Shown here in pieces: positions 51,161 through 64,000 of a stretch of DNA of 64,000 bases; positions within the stretch are counted from its first letter, which is position 1, and each line of letters begins with the position of its first letter. The notes under the pieces are model-generated. The model was not told where the DNA came from. It worked only from the letters and a program-made list of their open reading frames with translations, and did not search any database. The DNA comes from Octopus vulgaris (taxonomy: Eukaryota). The position numbers and the translations under genes are program-made. The stretch covers positions 154,070,001 to 154,134,000 of the forward strand of contig OX597814.1 in the NCBI GenBank assembly GCA_951406725.2, given 5' to 3'.

Positions 51161-51511
51161 TGAGAAGCATTTCTACCTTTCCATAGGTTTAATTTTTAAT
51201 TATGCTGGATGCCTACACACCTTTCTCACCTAGTAAGCTGGTTTAGTCTTTTGGCCTGTCGACTGTGTTATTTGGGTTGATTTGTTCGACTAAAGGCAGT
51301 GCTCTGGCATGGACGCAGTCAAATGACTGGAACAAGTAAAAGAATTTAAAAAATATATATAGATATGTATAATATGTAAGGATAAAATCTATATAAGAGT
51401 TTATCAAGTAGCTAGTGTGAAAAACCAGTTCAGGAAAAAGTTAATGCAAAATATATAATTTTTCCCTTTAAATAAATAAATACTTTCATTATATTAAGGG
51501 CTATTATATAA

Positions 51512-51580
<69 letters not shown>

Positions 51581-52665
51581 GTATGTATTCAACTGTAAAT
51601 GTCTATTTATAAATTTTGTATATAAATTTTGGGGAATGGCTGTAATAAGACATTACTGAAAATGAAGGTTTAGTAAAAGAAACTACACCATTTAAGTTCA
51701 TTTTTCCCACTGTCTCCACAGTGGTAATGGTCTTTTTTTATTCTATTTTATTATTTTTTTTCAGTTTATTTTATTTTTATGCAAAGAAAATAATGACCTC
51801 TCCAGTGAGTGTGTATTTATATTGCATTAATGAGGTTAGTCTGGAGTATCACATATCTATTAATGAGACTTTGGTGTCACTCCAGCCATTCCTTTCTGCC
51901 ACTAACCAGCCCATTTATCAAAAATAGGACATGAACATTGCTAAGAACCTACTCAAATATGTCCAATAGTGCTTTTGATTACCTTCCCAACTTTAAGGCT
52001 GTTGATATCAACAATCTCTTGTATGTGTGTTTGTGGTTTCATATCTACTTGTGTATTTGGTTGCATTCATGTGTATTCTTGTTATTTGTGTGTGTATATC
52101 TGCAATTAGTTGTATATTTGTTGCATATCATTGGTAGTGTGTTAGGGTTGTGAGTACTATGTATATAGTAGAAGCAATTTGTATATTTATATACATGCAT
52201 CCAGTGTTATTACATTAAAAAAAAATTAAATTAAACAATGTTTTCTTAAATAAATTGTTAAGTATTGAGAAAAAGTTTGAAAAGATATTTTATTTCATTT
52301 TTATTTTTTACTAGAATTAAATTGGCATTAAAGTATTCTTTTCTTTTTCCTACCCAGTCTTAATACTTCAAGCAGGCAAGCCAATGAGGATGCCTCTATG
52401 TTGTTCTCTCTCAACAAACTAGAAATAGCAACCAAATTTCCTCTAAAACCACACACTACCAGCTTAAAAAAAATAAAAGTATATATTAGACACAGACACA
52501 CACACATGTATATATGTATATATATGTATACAAACGAACAAGCAAAAAGTATAGAAAATCATAGTAAAGATCTATCACCAGAGCTAAGCAACAGTACATT
52601 ATAACAGGGTTGATGTGCATAGCATAAACAGTCCAATAAATGGTTTCTTTCTCCTTAAGCAAATA

Positions 52666-52769
52666 GGCTGTGAATTAAGGGAGATTTGGTTGCTGTTCCA
52701 GGTTGTGAATTGAGGGAGATTTGGTTGCTATTCCAGGTTGTGAATTGAGGGAGAGTTGGTGACTATTCC
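52666..52769. repeat. 35-bp tandem repeat, 3 copies
   Basis: tgtgaatt at 52669, 52704 and 52739. The unit derives from a dispersed old repeat (gagatttggctgctatt). Confidence 0.9.
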
Positions 52770-53309
52770 TCATGCATCAAGAAATCACATTGACATTTTT
52801 TGTAGGTTCATTCATATAATATATATCAACTTTGTTGAACACATTCTTATTTGAGCTATAATCACAGAAGTTGAAATCAATGTTCTTAGCAAGCTAATGA
52901 AGCTTGCATTAATTTGCCTTAAGAGCACTGATTTACTGATAAGGAACATTTTAGTGTAAATTGTTCCTGAGCACTGTCACATTACAATGCATATGACAAG
53001 GTACAAATCTCATAACTTCATATAGTTAATGGCCTTTGTAGACTTGGTTATCCACACACTCTATGTTCAGTGCACCTGCTTATAAAACTAGAAATAGCTG
53101 CCAAATATTTCTCAGATAATATCCAACTCCTTGCAAATGGGTGGACATTGTGAATTATATAGCTCTGCATATACAAAATGAAAGGGATAGTTACAACTGG
53201 AATGTCTTTCATTGTAGAGTTGATAAATGTCAACAGGTGTCATGGAAATGCATAAGTTATAACTGTCAGTAGTGAGGGAAAAGTGTGACTTACATCAACA
53301 CATGACCAA

Positions 53310-53394
53310 AAAATAGTATAAGGAATGGTCCAAGATAGAATAGTGTAAGGAATGGTCCAAGATAAAATAGTGTAAGGAATGGTCCAAGATAAAA
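53310..53394. repeat. 27-bp tandem repeat, 3 copies
   Basis: aaaatagtgtaaggaatggtccaagat. Confidence 0.92.
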
Positions 53395-53909
53395 CTGGAT
53401 GAAAGGAAGCAAATTCAATATTCATAAAGTGAGGCAAAACTAAATACTGTTTCACATCTAAACAATTGTTACAGAAACTAGCACTCTGTCAGTAAACTTT
53501 AGTATAATCAATGGCTTATTATTTCTGCTATTTCCCCCTATTCAACTTTGTTAACTAAGTCTGGAACTAAAACAAAATGTTTAGCCAATTTTAGCAAGCC
53601 TCTAACCCAAGCATGGGCGATGTTTTTCAAGAAATAGACCACATGAGACATGGTGCATCATCAGGCAGTATGCTACTAAAAAAATTCAAGTTAAGTTTCC
53701 ATTGGCATACCATTCAGAAAGTTCTATGGTTCAAAGTTTGTCCATAACTGCTACAGCAGATTGGGTCAATGTCAGTGTCATTGAATGTTTCCTTGCTCTC
53801 AAAACTATATTCTCCAGAAGTTTGAAATTTGCACTGCAAACACAAATGAAACACTCTTTAATTTTCCAGTGTTGTAATTGCTTACAGAAAGGAGTTTATC
53901 TATTTACAA

Positions 53910-54180
53910 ATATTCTGTTGTGTCTGGGGAGAGTCATTTTCTTTTTGTGCCTTATAATTTAACACACTCACCGGTAAAATTTCCACTTATTTCTTATTTT
54001 TATTCCTTATTTTTATTTTCCTAAAATAGTCTTGAGAGTCAAGACTATTAAAAAGGTTGCAAGATGCAACAAAAATTTTAAGAAAATAAAAATAAGAAAT
54101 AAGTAGAAATTTTACCGGTGAGTGTGTTAAATTATAAGGCACAAAAAGAAAATGACTCTCCCCAGACACAACAGAATATG
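53910..54180. mobile_element. Fold-back Penelope-type fragment with decayed hammerhead
   Basis: 53910-54028 mirrors 54073-54179. Centre has the hairpin aatagtcttga/tcaagactatt and a gttgc-aagat-gcaac stem between eroded core motifs. Confidence 0.65.
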
Positions 54181-55544
54181 CTTCAACACATGAACTCACA
54201 TAAAGAATCTTGCAAACCAAATCCCAAAACGAAATATTTACAAATAAATATAGTAAAATATAACAAAGTTAACACAGTGCAAGCAAGATGCAAACTAATG
54301 ACATCTTAGTCCCTATCTTAACAATGTAGCCAATTCATGTACTTAATTTGTACTCACATAAGTGATGATAAAAAGGCAAAAATCTAAATAGGATTTTAGA
54401 AAATAAAAAAGTAAAATAATTACTTTTATAAATTAATTTACATTCAGATTCTTAACAGATAGCAAGTACTGCAATTAACTTGAAGACAATTGTTAAAAAT
54501 ATTTTATCTATGAAGGCTATCTACATCCACCTTTTAGTGATATAATGTGATTGTTTAACTCAGGTCAGCCTTAACCCTGTTAATCTACAATCAAAGATAC
54601 ACCACATTGACCATCATGTTTTTGTACAACATGTTTATTAGTAAGAATTAGGTGCCATTCCAGTCATTCCCTTCCAGCATCAACCAACCAACCATTTATC
54701 TAAAACAGGATGTGAACATGACTAAGAACCTATTCAAACATATCCCCCAGTTATGTGCTTTTGAATATTTTCGAACTTCTTTTACAGGGCTTAGCAAAAC
54801 TGAAGGACCATTGCAATAAGTGTGTGAATTTGAGAGAGGAATATGTTGAATAAAATCATAATTAACTGATCTGCCTGTATTTTTTTTTTTAACCCAAAGC
54901 CAGGAACTTTTCAGCACTCCCTCATATATAGCCATTATTGTTAACTCTGATTCCCCTCTAGTTGATGTCAAAGTGACAACTGAGCTACAATGGCAACATA
55001 CTACGTGCTACACACTCTCACTGAGTCAGGAGAGTAGTGGGAAAGAGCAAAAGAAACAAGTTGCCGGCTAGGAATTACGAGCATTTAAAAAATTTGGGGG
55101 TGACAAAACATCCCATGTGACTAACGCAGGATTAAGGCAGTTCATATCTACAATCTGTTCTCTCTTTGTGTGTGTGTGTGTGTGTGTGTATTTTTATGTA
55201 TACTTGTGTTTTGCCATGTTCATGAGCATGTGTGTGCATGATATGATTCTTTGTGCATATCATTGCATATGAGTATAACTGCAGTTAGTTGCATATTGTG
55301 AGTTGTGCTTTAGGATTGTGAGGAATGAATAGTGTATGCATAACAAGAGACAATTACATACTTTCAGGCAAGCATCAACAGCCAGCCACATTTTATATTT
55401 TTTTAATGAAATTAAACATTTTTCCCCTCTCAGATAAACTAGCAACTATTAAGGAAAGAATTTCAAATTATATATTTAGTTCCCTTTTTTTTTGTTTGTT
55501 TTTAGTAGAATTAAATTAGCACCAAATAGAAGTATATGACTTTG

Positions 55545-55910
55545 GTAAATGTTGCTTTCAAGTTTTTGCTAACCACATGGTTTCAGGTTCAGTCCCACTG
55601 CGTGGCACCTCAGGCAAGTGTCTTTTACTATAGCCTTGGGCCAACCAAAGCCTTGTGAGTGGATTTGATAGACGGAAATTAAAAGAAGCCTGTCATATAC
55701 ATATATACATATGTGTGTGTGTATTTGTATTTGTCCACCCACCATCACTTGACAATTGGTGTTGGTGTGTCTATATCTCCCTAACTTAGTGGTTCAGCAA
55801 AAGAGACCAGTAGAATAAGTACTAGGCTTACAAAGAATAAGTCCTGGGGCCAATTTGTTTGACTAAAGGTAGTGCTCCAGCATGGCCACAATCAAATGAC
55901 TGAAATAAAG
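55545..55910 (+). mobile_element. SINE family B
   Basis: Family head, body and tail. Confidence 0.8.
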
Positions 55911-56275
55911 GAATATGAGTATTACCGACTGAGTTTTATCTCTCCAAGAATATGGAGTACAAATAATAAATTGGTGTTAATTTAATTTGGTTAACTGTAC
56001 TATTTAACACAAAAATATTTGGTAAATTGAATTGGTTTGAGTAAGTATTTAATGGCTGGAATGGATACCCTTCTTCCTGATAGCTTCCTGATTCTCTTCT
56101 TCCTGATGGATGCTCTTCCTGATTGACCAATGAAAGCATTGTTGCTGCTTGTGCCAAAGTTAGTCATAAGTGAGTACATCTATGTATTAGTCAAATGTGT
56201 TCTAGCTGTGAGCATTCTGTCCTCCCCAACATCATTATCTCCAGTACTACATCATGTATTTCTTGTAGTTATAGT

Positions 56276-56516
56276 GGTAGGGTCTAATTTAAGTAAAATT
56301 CTGCTGGTATTTCTTGTAGATCTGAGTGACCACACAGATGCTTATTCCCTTACTTGTGTATTGAAGACAATGCTTAGCTCCAAGGAGACATTGGTAGGGT
56401 CTAATTTAAATGAAATTTTGCTGTTATTTCTGATAGATCTGAGTGACCACATATATGTTTATTCATTTGCCTGTGTATTGAAGGCATTGTTTAGCTCTGA
56501 TGAGACATTAAGGTAG
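56276..56516. repeat. Diverged 117-bp tandem duplication
   Basis: ggtagggtctaatttaa at 56276 and 56393. Confidence 0.85.
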
Positions 56517-58864
56517 TTCTAAAGCATATCTGAATAAGAAAAGAAATTAGATGGTCATGGCTGGAACATGTTTGATCATTGGTTTGTTCAATAAGAGCTG
56601 ACTTAAAAATTCAACAAGATTTTTTTTAGTACATCTGAAATGTTATCAGGGTATGGGTAGTTAGAGCGGGAAACATCAGCCAGTTCCCATTCTGTAACCT
56701 ATATAAAGACGTTTATAAACCTGTTCATATTTTAATGTTTATTTCATAGATATTCATGTATCCAGGTAACATTTCTTTTAACTACAATGTATATAAATTC
56801 CATAGTGTCATGCACTCTCCCCATTCAACGTCTTATTATCAAATTCCCATGCTTCTTTCTTTTCAGTATGAAGAAGAGTAAGTATGCTTCTATCATTCTG
56901 AATATACTTCTCCCCAATAACATTTCAGTTTACTGTGGCACACTATCCTGTAGTCCACAACACTGTCTGTGAAATGGATATCTAATACAATCAATTTGCT
57001 AAAAATAGCAACCAAAACAGTCAAACCTCCAACAAATTACAACCCGCTGTCTTAAAAATAGACACTGAAGGCTGTGGCCCTGGATACAATCTGGAAATAA
57101 AAGCAAGAAGCCTTTGACCATAGGTGTGCTTAATTGGTATTGATCTGGAGCTCTCTCTCCCACCAAAATACAAATTAAAACAAAACAAGGAAACCTAATT
57201 CCTCTGGTGTGGCTTGGTCGTGCTACAGTGCTTACATAAATATAATATGTTAGTACTGGTATGTGCTTGTTAGTGCATGATGTGTTCAGAGTAGATAAAA
57301 TCTGCCAACCATGTTGGAAGCCAGTGGCAGTAAGTTAATGTCTATGGTTGCAGGGAAATTTCAATGTGATAGTAAAATAAGTCTTTAAGACTGATAGATG
57401 TGTTTAATGTGTTCCATGGTTTATAAGCAAACACAAAATTGTCTGCTCTGATAGCTATTGTTCAGCTATTCTTACAATCTGTTGGCTTAATTGGTATTTA
57501 GCATATTTAGTACATGGGTCATATTTAGCTTTTAGCATATTTAGTAACATAAACTATATATAAACGAGCAGTGAGAAAAATATATCAATGAATAAAATAT
57601 ATTTTCTGTTGTTTTTTATTAAAAAATTTTTTTTTTATGAGCATGTGATAACTCAAGGCATGTCTCTGCCTTTTTCTTGATTCCTCTTCTCTGTAGCTTG
57701 CCAAATAAGTATGAACACATCATTAATTAGACAAACAGAAATATATATATTAGCTGTGAGAAAGCCTGTGTGTGGTTGTTGTTGATTAGCTTTTGATCAC
57801 TTTTGATAGAGCAAACTTGATCACAAGCATTGCAGTCGTAACTGTCAACCCATTTAGGGTTATGTAGGAGAAAATTTTGCGTGTCTCTTTTCCTTATTTA
57901 AGACGGTAGGGTATTGATTGAAGACATGACTGCTGTTTCTTGCAGAACAAGTGATCATGTAGATTTTCCTTTATTGGCCCATTTTTCCTCTCTGTGTGGT
58001 TGGTTGACTAGCTATAAATAGCAGCCAAATTTTCTCTGATATCAACCTTTAGTGTTTGAAAAGAGAAAGGGTTGCTTGCCCACTGCCTGATGAGAAAAGA
58101 AAAGAAAAAAAGGAAAAGAAAAGACAGGTTTGTTACTACACTATTTAAAATACTTTCGGTTGAAAGTTGATTCACTCAGAGCTGACCTGGGTCTAAACAA
58201 CGACATCAGAAATATGTATTTGTTGGTGTGGGAATAGAGAACTGTTTAGAAACCGAATGATTCAGAGACATCATCTCCTCGACAAAATAAATAAATAATA
58301 AAATAAAAATAAAATAGAATAATGAAAAAAAGCAATGGGTAAACGGGTGTTAGCATATTTAATACATTGGCCATTAAAATTTTAAATGTGAACTAATTAT
58401 ATAGTGAGAGAAGAAAAAAAACATTAGTCCATGACTAATGTTTTTCATTTTTCTTGAAGGTATAGAAGACATGAGCAAGTTTATTCAAATAATATATACA
58501 TTGAGTTGAATATGTTTTTTTTTTCCTTTAATCATATCCTTTCATGAGATTCATTAGACTGTGACCAGGCTGGGGCACTACTTTCAACAGTTTTACTCTA
58601 TCATATCAACTGCAGTACTTATTTCAGTGTGGAACTTACTTCATTAATCTTTAGTCATAGACATGACTATGTGGTTCAAAAGTTTGCTTCCCAACCACAT
58701 AGTTATGGGTTCAAACTTATTGTGATACCTTGAGCAAGTGTCTTCGACTTTGGCCCCAGGCTGTCAAAAGCCTAGTGAGTGAATTTGGTAGTTAGAAACT
58801 GAAAGAAGCCTGTCATATGGGTGTGGATATGCACATGTGTGTGTGTATATATATATATATATAT

Positions 58865-59094
58865 TTCTTTACTACCCACAAGGGGCTAAACACAGAGAGG
58901 ACAAACAAGGACAGACAAACGGATTAAGTCGATTACATCGACCCCAGTGCGCAACTGGTACTTAATTTATCGACCCCGAAAGGATGAAAGGCAAAGTCGA
59001 CCTCGGCGAAATTTGAACTCAGAACGTAACGGCAGACAAAAAATGGCCACGCATTTCGCCCGGCGTGCTAACGTTTCTGCCAGCTCGCCGCCTT
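58865..59094 (-). mobile_element. SINE family C, near pristine, inserted in the microsatellite of a family B SINE
   Basis: Head ggcggcgagctggcagaaacgttagc; CpGs intact. Confidence 0.88.
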
Positions 59095-59143
59095 AATATA
59101 TATATATGTGTGTGTGTGTGTACATACATATATATATATATAT

Positions 59144-59361
59144 ATGAAGGGGTGCTAAAAAGTTCCTGGCTTTAAGGGTATTGTGAAAGGCCTGGCTGGA
59201 GGCCCAACCTTCCAAGCTCTTTTATGGAGCATAGAAAAACTGAAGGACCACTGCAATAAGTGTGTGAACCTGAGAGGGGGATATGTTGAATAAAATCATA
59301 ATTAACTGATCCTCCTATATTTTCTTTTACCCAAAGCCAGGAACTTTTCAGCACCCCCGTG
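59144..59361. mobile_element. Mariner-type MITE with well preserved ~30-bp TIRs
   Basis: ggggtgctaaaaagttcctggcttt / aaagccaggaacttttcagcacccc. Confidence 0.85.
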
Positions 59362-60645
59362 TGTGTGTGTGTCTCATTTTGACATTGTGTAATTGTGAAT
59401 GAATGTCACTCATTTTCAATGTCCTGCAAAAGCATGTCTGGCCATTGGGAAACATTGCCTTGTTTGGAAACAGGTATAGGTAGGCAACAGAAAGGGCATC
59501 CAGCCATAGAAAATCTGTCTCAATAAACTCCATCCAACCCACACAAGCATGAAAAAGGGAACATTAAAATGATATTTATTTGCTAAGTTATGCTCTCAAA
59601 GAAAGTGGCATAACACTGGTTTAACCCAGTAAAACAGACACTTTTTTTGTTTTCATTTTTGTGTCCATTTTTATTATACCAGCTTGGGTTCGATGAGACC
59701 TATTGAGGTTGTATTCTGCAGCCAGATGTCCTTCTAGATGTCAACCCATGTGTTCAAATAATGGTTGGCATCAAGTAGATTATTCCACATTTTTATGACA
59801 CTGAACCCTGGGCAGCCAAAATTTCTGTTTATGTAGGACAAAGTCATGTTACTGCTGGTCAAGCTCCAACACAAGGTCCAATCCTTTTTATGGTTTGGTG
59901 GCTTGTGTGCCTCAATGACCCTGTGAGGTGTGTCAACAGAGAGCAAGCTGTTGGTAGGGCCTCTCATGATGGACAGGTTAAAGGATATAGGCCAGACTAA
60001 TATGGACCACTTCTTGCTAGAGGTAAAAATGGGTTTGCATTGGGCCTATAGTCATACCTTGAAAAAAGCAAAGTTACAGAAGCATTGATGACAATTCAAA
60101 CCAACAAGACTTGTAAGAAGAAAGCCTTGCCTCAGGGAAAGGTGCTATATGGAGGTAGAACAGAAAAAAGCATTGATACAATTAGAGGAAAGTATAAAAG
60201 ACAGCCCAGAGTCAAGAACAGGAGAGAAAAATTGTTGATGGCCTATCTTCCATAAGGAGTGAAAGGCTTAAGTACTGCCCAAGCAATATCAATGTGAATA
60301 GGTGAAGAATTCACATACATATATGTGTGTGGGCTATTATGGAAAAATGAAATTAAAATGAACAAACAATTATATATGATGCACTTCGGTTCAGTTTGCT
60401 ATTTACCAAATTTTTACTCTCATGTCAACCGGAACTGAGAATAACACACTTTACCATGATGACTTGAGTAGGATTGAACCTGAAATCATGTGGTTGCATA
60501 GCAAAAGTACTTTAAAGAATTGCCACTAATTTTATTGATTATCACCTTAAGTGTCTGAAGTCTTTCCTCAGAAGCACCAGATTATCTTCTTTAACATGCA
60601 ATATCTCTGCTAATATTCCAATAATTATTTTTGTAATTTAATCTT

Positions 60646-61050
60646 TTATTCTTTTACTTGTTTCAGTCATTTGACTGTGGCCATGCTGAAGCACTGCCTT
60701 TAGTTGAACAAATAAATCCCAGGACTTATTTTTTGTAAGCCGGTACTTATTCTATCGGTGTCGTTTACTAAACCACTAAGTTATGGGGACGTAAACGCAC
60801 CAGCATCAGTTGTCAAGTGATAGTGATGGTGGTGGTGGTGGTGGTGGTGGGAGTGGGGCAATTACACACACACACACACATATATATATATGATGGACTT
60901 CTTTCAGTTTCTGTCTACCAAATCCACTCAAGGCTTTGGTCAGCCTGAAGCTATAGTAGAAGACACTTGCCCAAGGTGCCATGCAATGGGACTGAACCCG
61001 GAATGTCATTGGGAAGCAAGCTTCTTAACACTCAATCACACCTGCACCTA
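60646..61050 (-). mobile_element. SINE family B with TSD aatcttttatt
   Basis: Full-length body; flanking 11-mer duplicated. Confidence 0.8.
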
Positions 61051-62039
61051 AATCTTTTATTTCTTTTTTTTTTGTCTAGGATTAATGTATCCATTTCTGG
61101 AAAATTCTCTACTTCTGCATGAGCCTTGATGAGAAATAACCAATTTAATCAATAATGATTTGTAACATTGGCACAAATCTTAAAATTTATTGGAGGACAA
61201 GTATGGTTGATTAGACTGACCTAACCTCTCCTCCAATATTTGAATAATCATACATATTTTATAGACTTTTAATTAACAATCAAGCAAAATTGAATGTCTT
61301 TACTTCTGTTAAACCTTGACTTGTTAGATTTAATAGAAGAAAGTCAGCTAAAGCTTGGAGATTAACTGTAGCTCTGAAGATTATTTCAAGTAAGCTATTA
61401 AACTAATGTGATAATTAGTAAACTGGTAAGTTTCTGAAATAGACACGTAATAGGATGTTAGTCTTGTTGCTTAAATTACATAATAGATTAGGTGCAGTCA
61501 ATTTAGTATAAATGATAGTAAGTCCTTCAACTGGTTGTTTTTTAACCTCAAGTCATCCCTGATCTAGAATAATTAAAAACATTCCATGCATGACTCTTTC
61601 ATTCTAGGACTGTATTGTATAGTATGTCTTGTCATTTTTAAAACAATAGGATGTGGTTTGAAAGATAGAGAAAGAGAGAGGGAAAGAGCTGATTGTTAAT
61701 TCTAGCTGGTCAAGTGACAATGTAGAGGTTCCCTTGATGGCTCCTTTATATTGTTGAGTAAACTCAGGTCAGTCATCAAGCAGACTCATGGCACATTAGT
61801 AGTCAGCTGTATGAGGACACACGAACCTAACAATCAACTTCCCGGTTATATTGTATGTGAATGATGAATTATTATGCATTATCATATGAGATGCAGTACA
61901 GTCTGGAGGTTTTACTCCCTTTCTCTACTGTCCAATATATTTCTGTATGCTTCCAGATTCTGGTGATGGCCACAATGGAAGTGAGTAAAATGAATTTGGT
62001 CAGAGTGCAACAGTTACTATTGTTATATTTTGGCATATA

Positions 62040-62436
62040 CTCTTTTACTTGTTTCAGTCATTTGACTGTGGCCATGCTGGAGCACTGCCTTTAGTCAAGC
62101 AAATCGATACCAGGACTTATTCTTTGTAAGCCTATCGGTCTCTTTTGCTGAACCGCTAAGTTACGGGGACGTAAACACACCAGCATCGGTTGTCAAGTGA
62201 TGTTGGGGAGACAAACACAGATACACAAATATATACACACACACATACACACACATATATATACATATATACGACAGGCTGCTTTCAGTTTCAGTCTACC
62301 AAATCCACTCACAAGGCTTTGGTTGGCCCGAGGTTATAGTAGAAGACACTTGCCCAAGGTGCCACACAGTGGGACTGAACCCAGAACCATGTGGTTCGTA
62401 AGCAAGCTACTTACCACACAGCCAGTCCTATGCCTG
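62040..62436 (-). mobile_element. SINE family B
   Basis: Full-length body; explains ORF 62197..62637. Confidence 0.82.
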
Positions 62437-62649
62437 GTTATTTTTCTTTGCCAAATAAACATGTGCACTGTATATTCATTCTTCACTTGTTTATTACTGT
62501 TCTTATCTGAAATTATTGTTGATGGTTTGTATCTTAGCACTGTGTTGGGACAAGTGAAGCTATTGATACTGCTACTACTTCACAAACATTCTTATACTGG
62601 TAAGAACAAAATCCACAAGGATCTAAACCATCACTGAAAAACATCAACT

Positions 62650-62770
62650 ATAGAGTTTGAATGATGCAGATACTGATGGAGATGGTAAAATATTATTCGA
62701 AGAATTCTATCCATAGAGTTTGAATGATACAAATACTGATGGTAAAATATCATTCAAAGAATTCTATAGT
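62650..62770 (+). pseudogene. Tandemly duplicated EF-hand coding fragment
   Basis: Translates LNDADTDGDGKILFEEFY then, 63 bp later, LNDTNTDGKISFKEFY. An in-frame TAG precedes each unit. Confidence 0.5.
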
Positions 62771-62946
62771 TGCTGGGGGTCATATAAAAAGGGTGCCAGG
62801 CACAAGAATGGCGAAATAGATCTTTTGCTCTGAACTTATAAAGGTGCCAAAAATATGCTATTATGACTGCATCAAGAATATAATATTGTTATTCAATGTC
62901 CAGTGTAACACTGAAGAAAAGATAACTGAAGATTATAAGAGGGTTA

Positions 62947-63177
62947 TCAACCCTTTTGATACCAACTTGCCTGAAACCATATTTGGCTCCATAATACAAA
63001 TTTACTGTTTTAAAGCGATCTAAATTAAAACCTTCCATCAAAATTTCATGTTAATTCCATGTTCTAAACACCAGTTTAATAATGGTAATGTTATTTTCCT
63101 AAATTATTCACCATTTTCAAAATTAATTGTAATAGAGGTAATGTATTTCATCAGAAATATGGTAACAAGAGGGTTAA
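62947..63177. mobile_element. piggyBac-type MITE
   Basis: tcaacccttt ... agagggttaa ends. Confidence 0.6.
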
Positions 63178-63179
63178 AG

Positions 63180-63552
63180 ACCATAAGAACTGGAGATAAG
63201 CATACAATGAAGGAACTGAGACCCCCTTCGGTCATGATTGACTGTGGGATTGCACCTAGAAAGTTACCCTCCCAGGCACCAGTCTGGGCAAAGTTGTTTA
63301 TGGAAGACCAGCAGTCGCCCATGCATACCGGCCTCCCCTCTCCACACCACCAGTGTTATCCAAGGGAAAGACAACGGCCAATACAGCTTGGCACCTGTGA
63401 TATTGCAACTCATTTCTGCAGCTGAGTGAACTGGAGCAACGTGAAATAAAGTGTTTTGCTCAAGAACACAACATGCAGCCCAGTCTGGGATTCAAACTCA
63501 CAACCTCATGATCGTAAGCTCGACGCTCTAACTCTGAGCCATGTGCCTTCAC
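63180..63552 (-). mobile_element. tRNA-derived SINE (family E head)
   Basis: Minus strand tggctcagagttagagcgtcgagcttacgatcatgaggttgtgagtttgaatccc. Confidence 0.78.
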
Positions 63553-63589
63553 AGTGAAGGAACCATTACTGCAAATTGTATTTCATATT

Positions 63590-63803
63590 CTTTTCTACTC
63601 TAGGCACAAGGCCTGAAATTTTTGGGGAGGGGGGGCAGTCAGTTAGATCGACCCAGTATGTAACTGGTACTTAATTTATCAACTCTGAAAGGATAAAAGG
63701 CAAAGTCAGCCTCGGCGGAATTTGAACTCAGAATGTAGCGGCAGATGAAATACCACTAAGCATTTTGCCTGGCATGCTAACATTTCTGCTAGCTCACTGC
63801 CTT
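63590..63803 (-). mobile_element. SINE family C with ~15-bp TSD
   Basis: attgtatttcatatt / attgtattttatatt flanks. Confidence 0.8.
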
Positions 63804-64000
63804 ACATTGTATTTTATATTAAGAAGCTGAAGAAAAGAAAGAAATCAACTACATTTCCTGGCACAAAGACCAGCTCTGAAACTTCACTGTTGATTTGGTA
63901 ACCTATAAGTCATTTCAGAGGGTAGAGAATAGATTCTTGTAACATGGGAATATCCATGCTGCTGGTGGTGGTGGGGGGGGGGGCTTAAAAATATCCTCAG

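Noticed and set aside
56130-56516. 128-aa ORF with an internal 39-aa repeat
   Set aside because: Produced by a 117-bp duplication that includes dispersed-repeat sequence; no domain or splice support.
59690-60275. Possible further RTE-like 3' remnant ending ggcctatcttccataaggagtgaaaggcttaagta
   Set aside because: Too decayed to translate convincing motifs by eye.

Overview
AT-rich, microsatellite-dense eukaryotic DNA made almost entirely of repeats. The repeat families look like those of a cephalopod (Octopus) genome; this is an inference from recognising the families, not a database result. There is no intact host protein-coding gene. A CpG-retaining, repeat-poor island (~5.9-10.2 kb) looks like a bidirectional promoter with candidate short first exons and a 24-nt microexon, and the rest is probably one long intron or intergenic DNA. 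Mobile elements: a nearly intact 5'-truncated CR1/L2-group LINE (32.3-35.1 kb), several RTE LINE fragments (one with a PHD-like finger and a 159-bp tandem array), a decayed piggyBac, a decayed Tc1/mariner, mariner/hAT/piggyBac/Helitron MITEs and at least five SINE families. The most notable signal is RNA-level: many type I hammerhead ribozyme (HHR) motifs of the Penelope/retrozyme kind. Seven lie in the first 4.7 kb beside (TA)n tracts and inverted repeats, one with a fully intact core (1258-1306, minus strand). Another sits downstream of a tRNA-derived Pol III head (37.6-37.8 kb). A separate pseudoknot-like structured RNA candidate lies at 9517-9598. Repeat boundaries were read by eye and are approximate.
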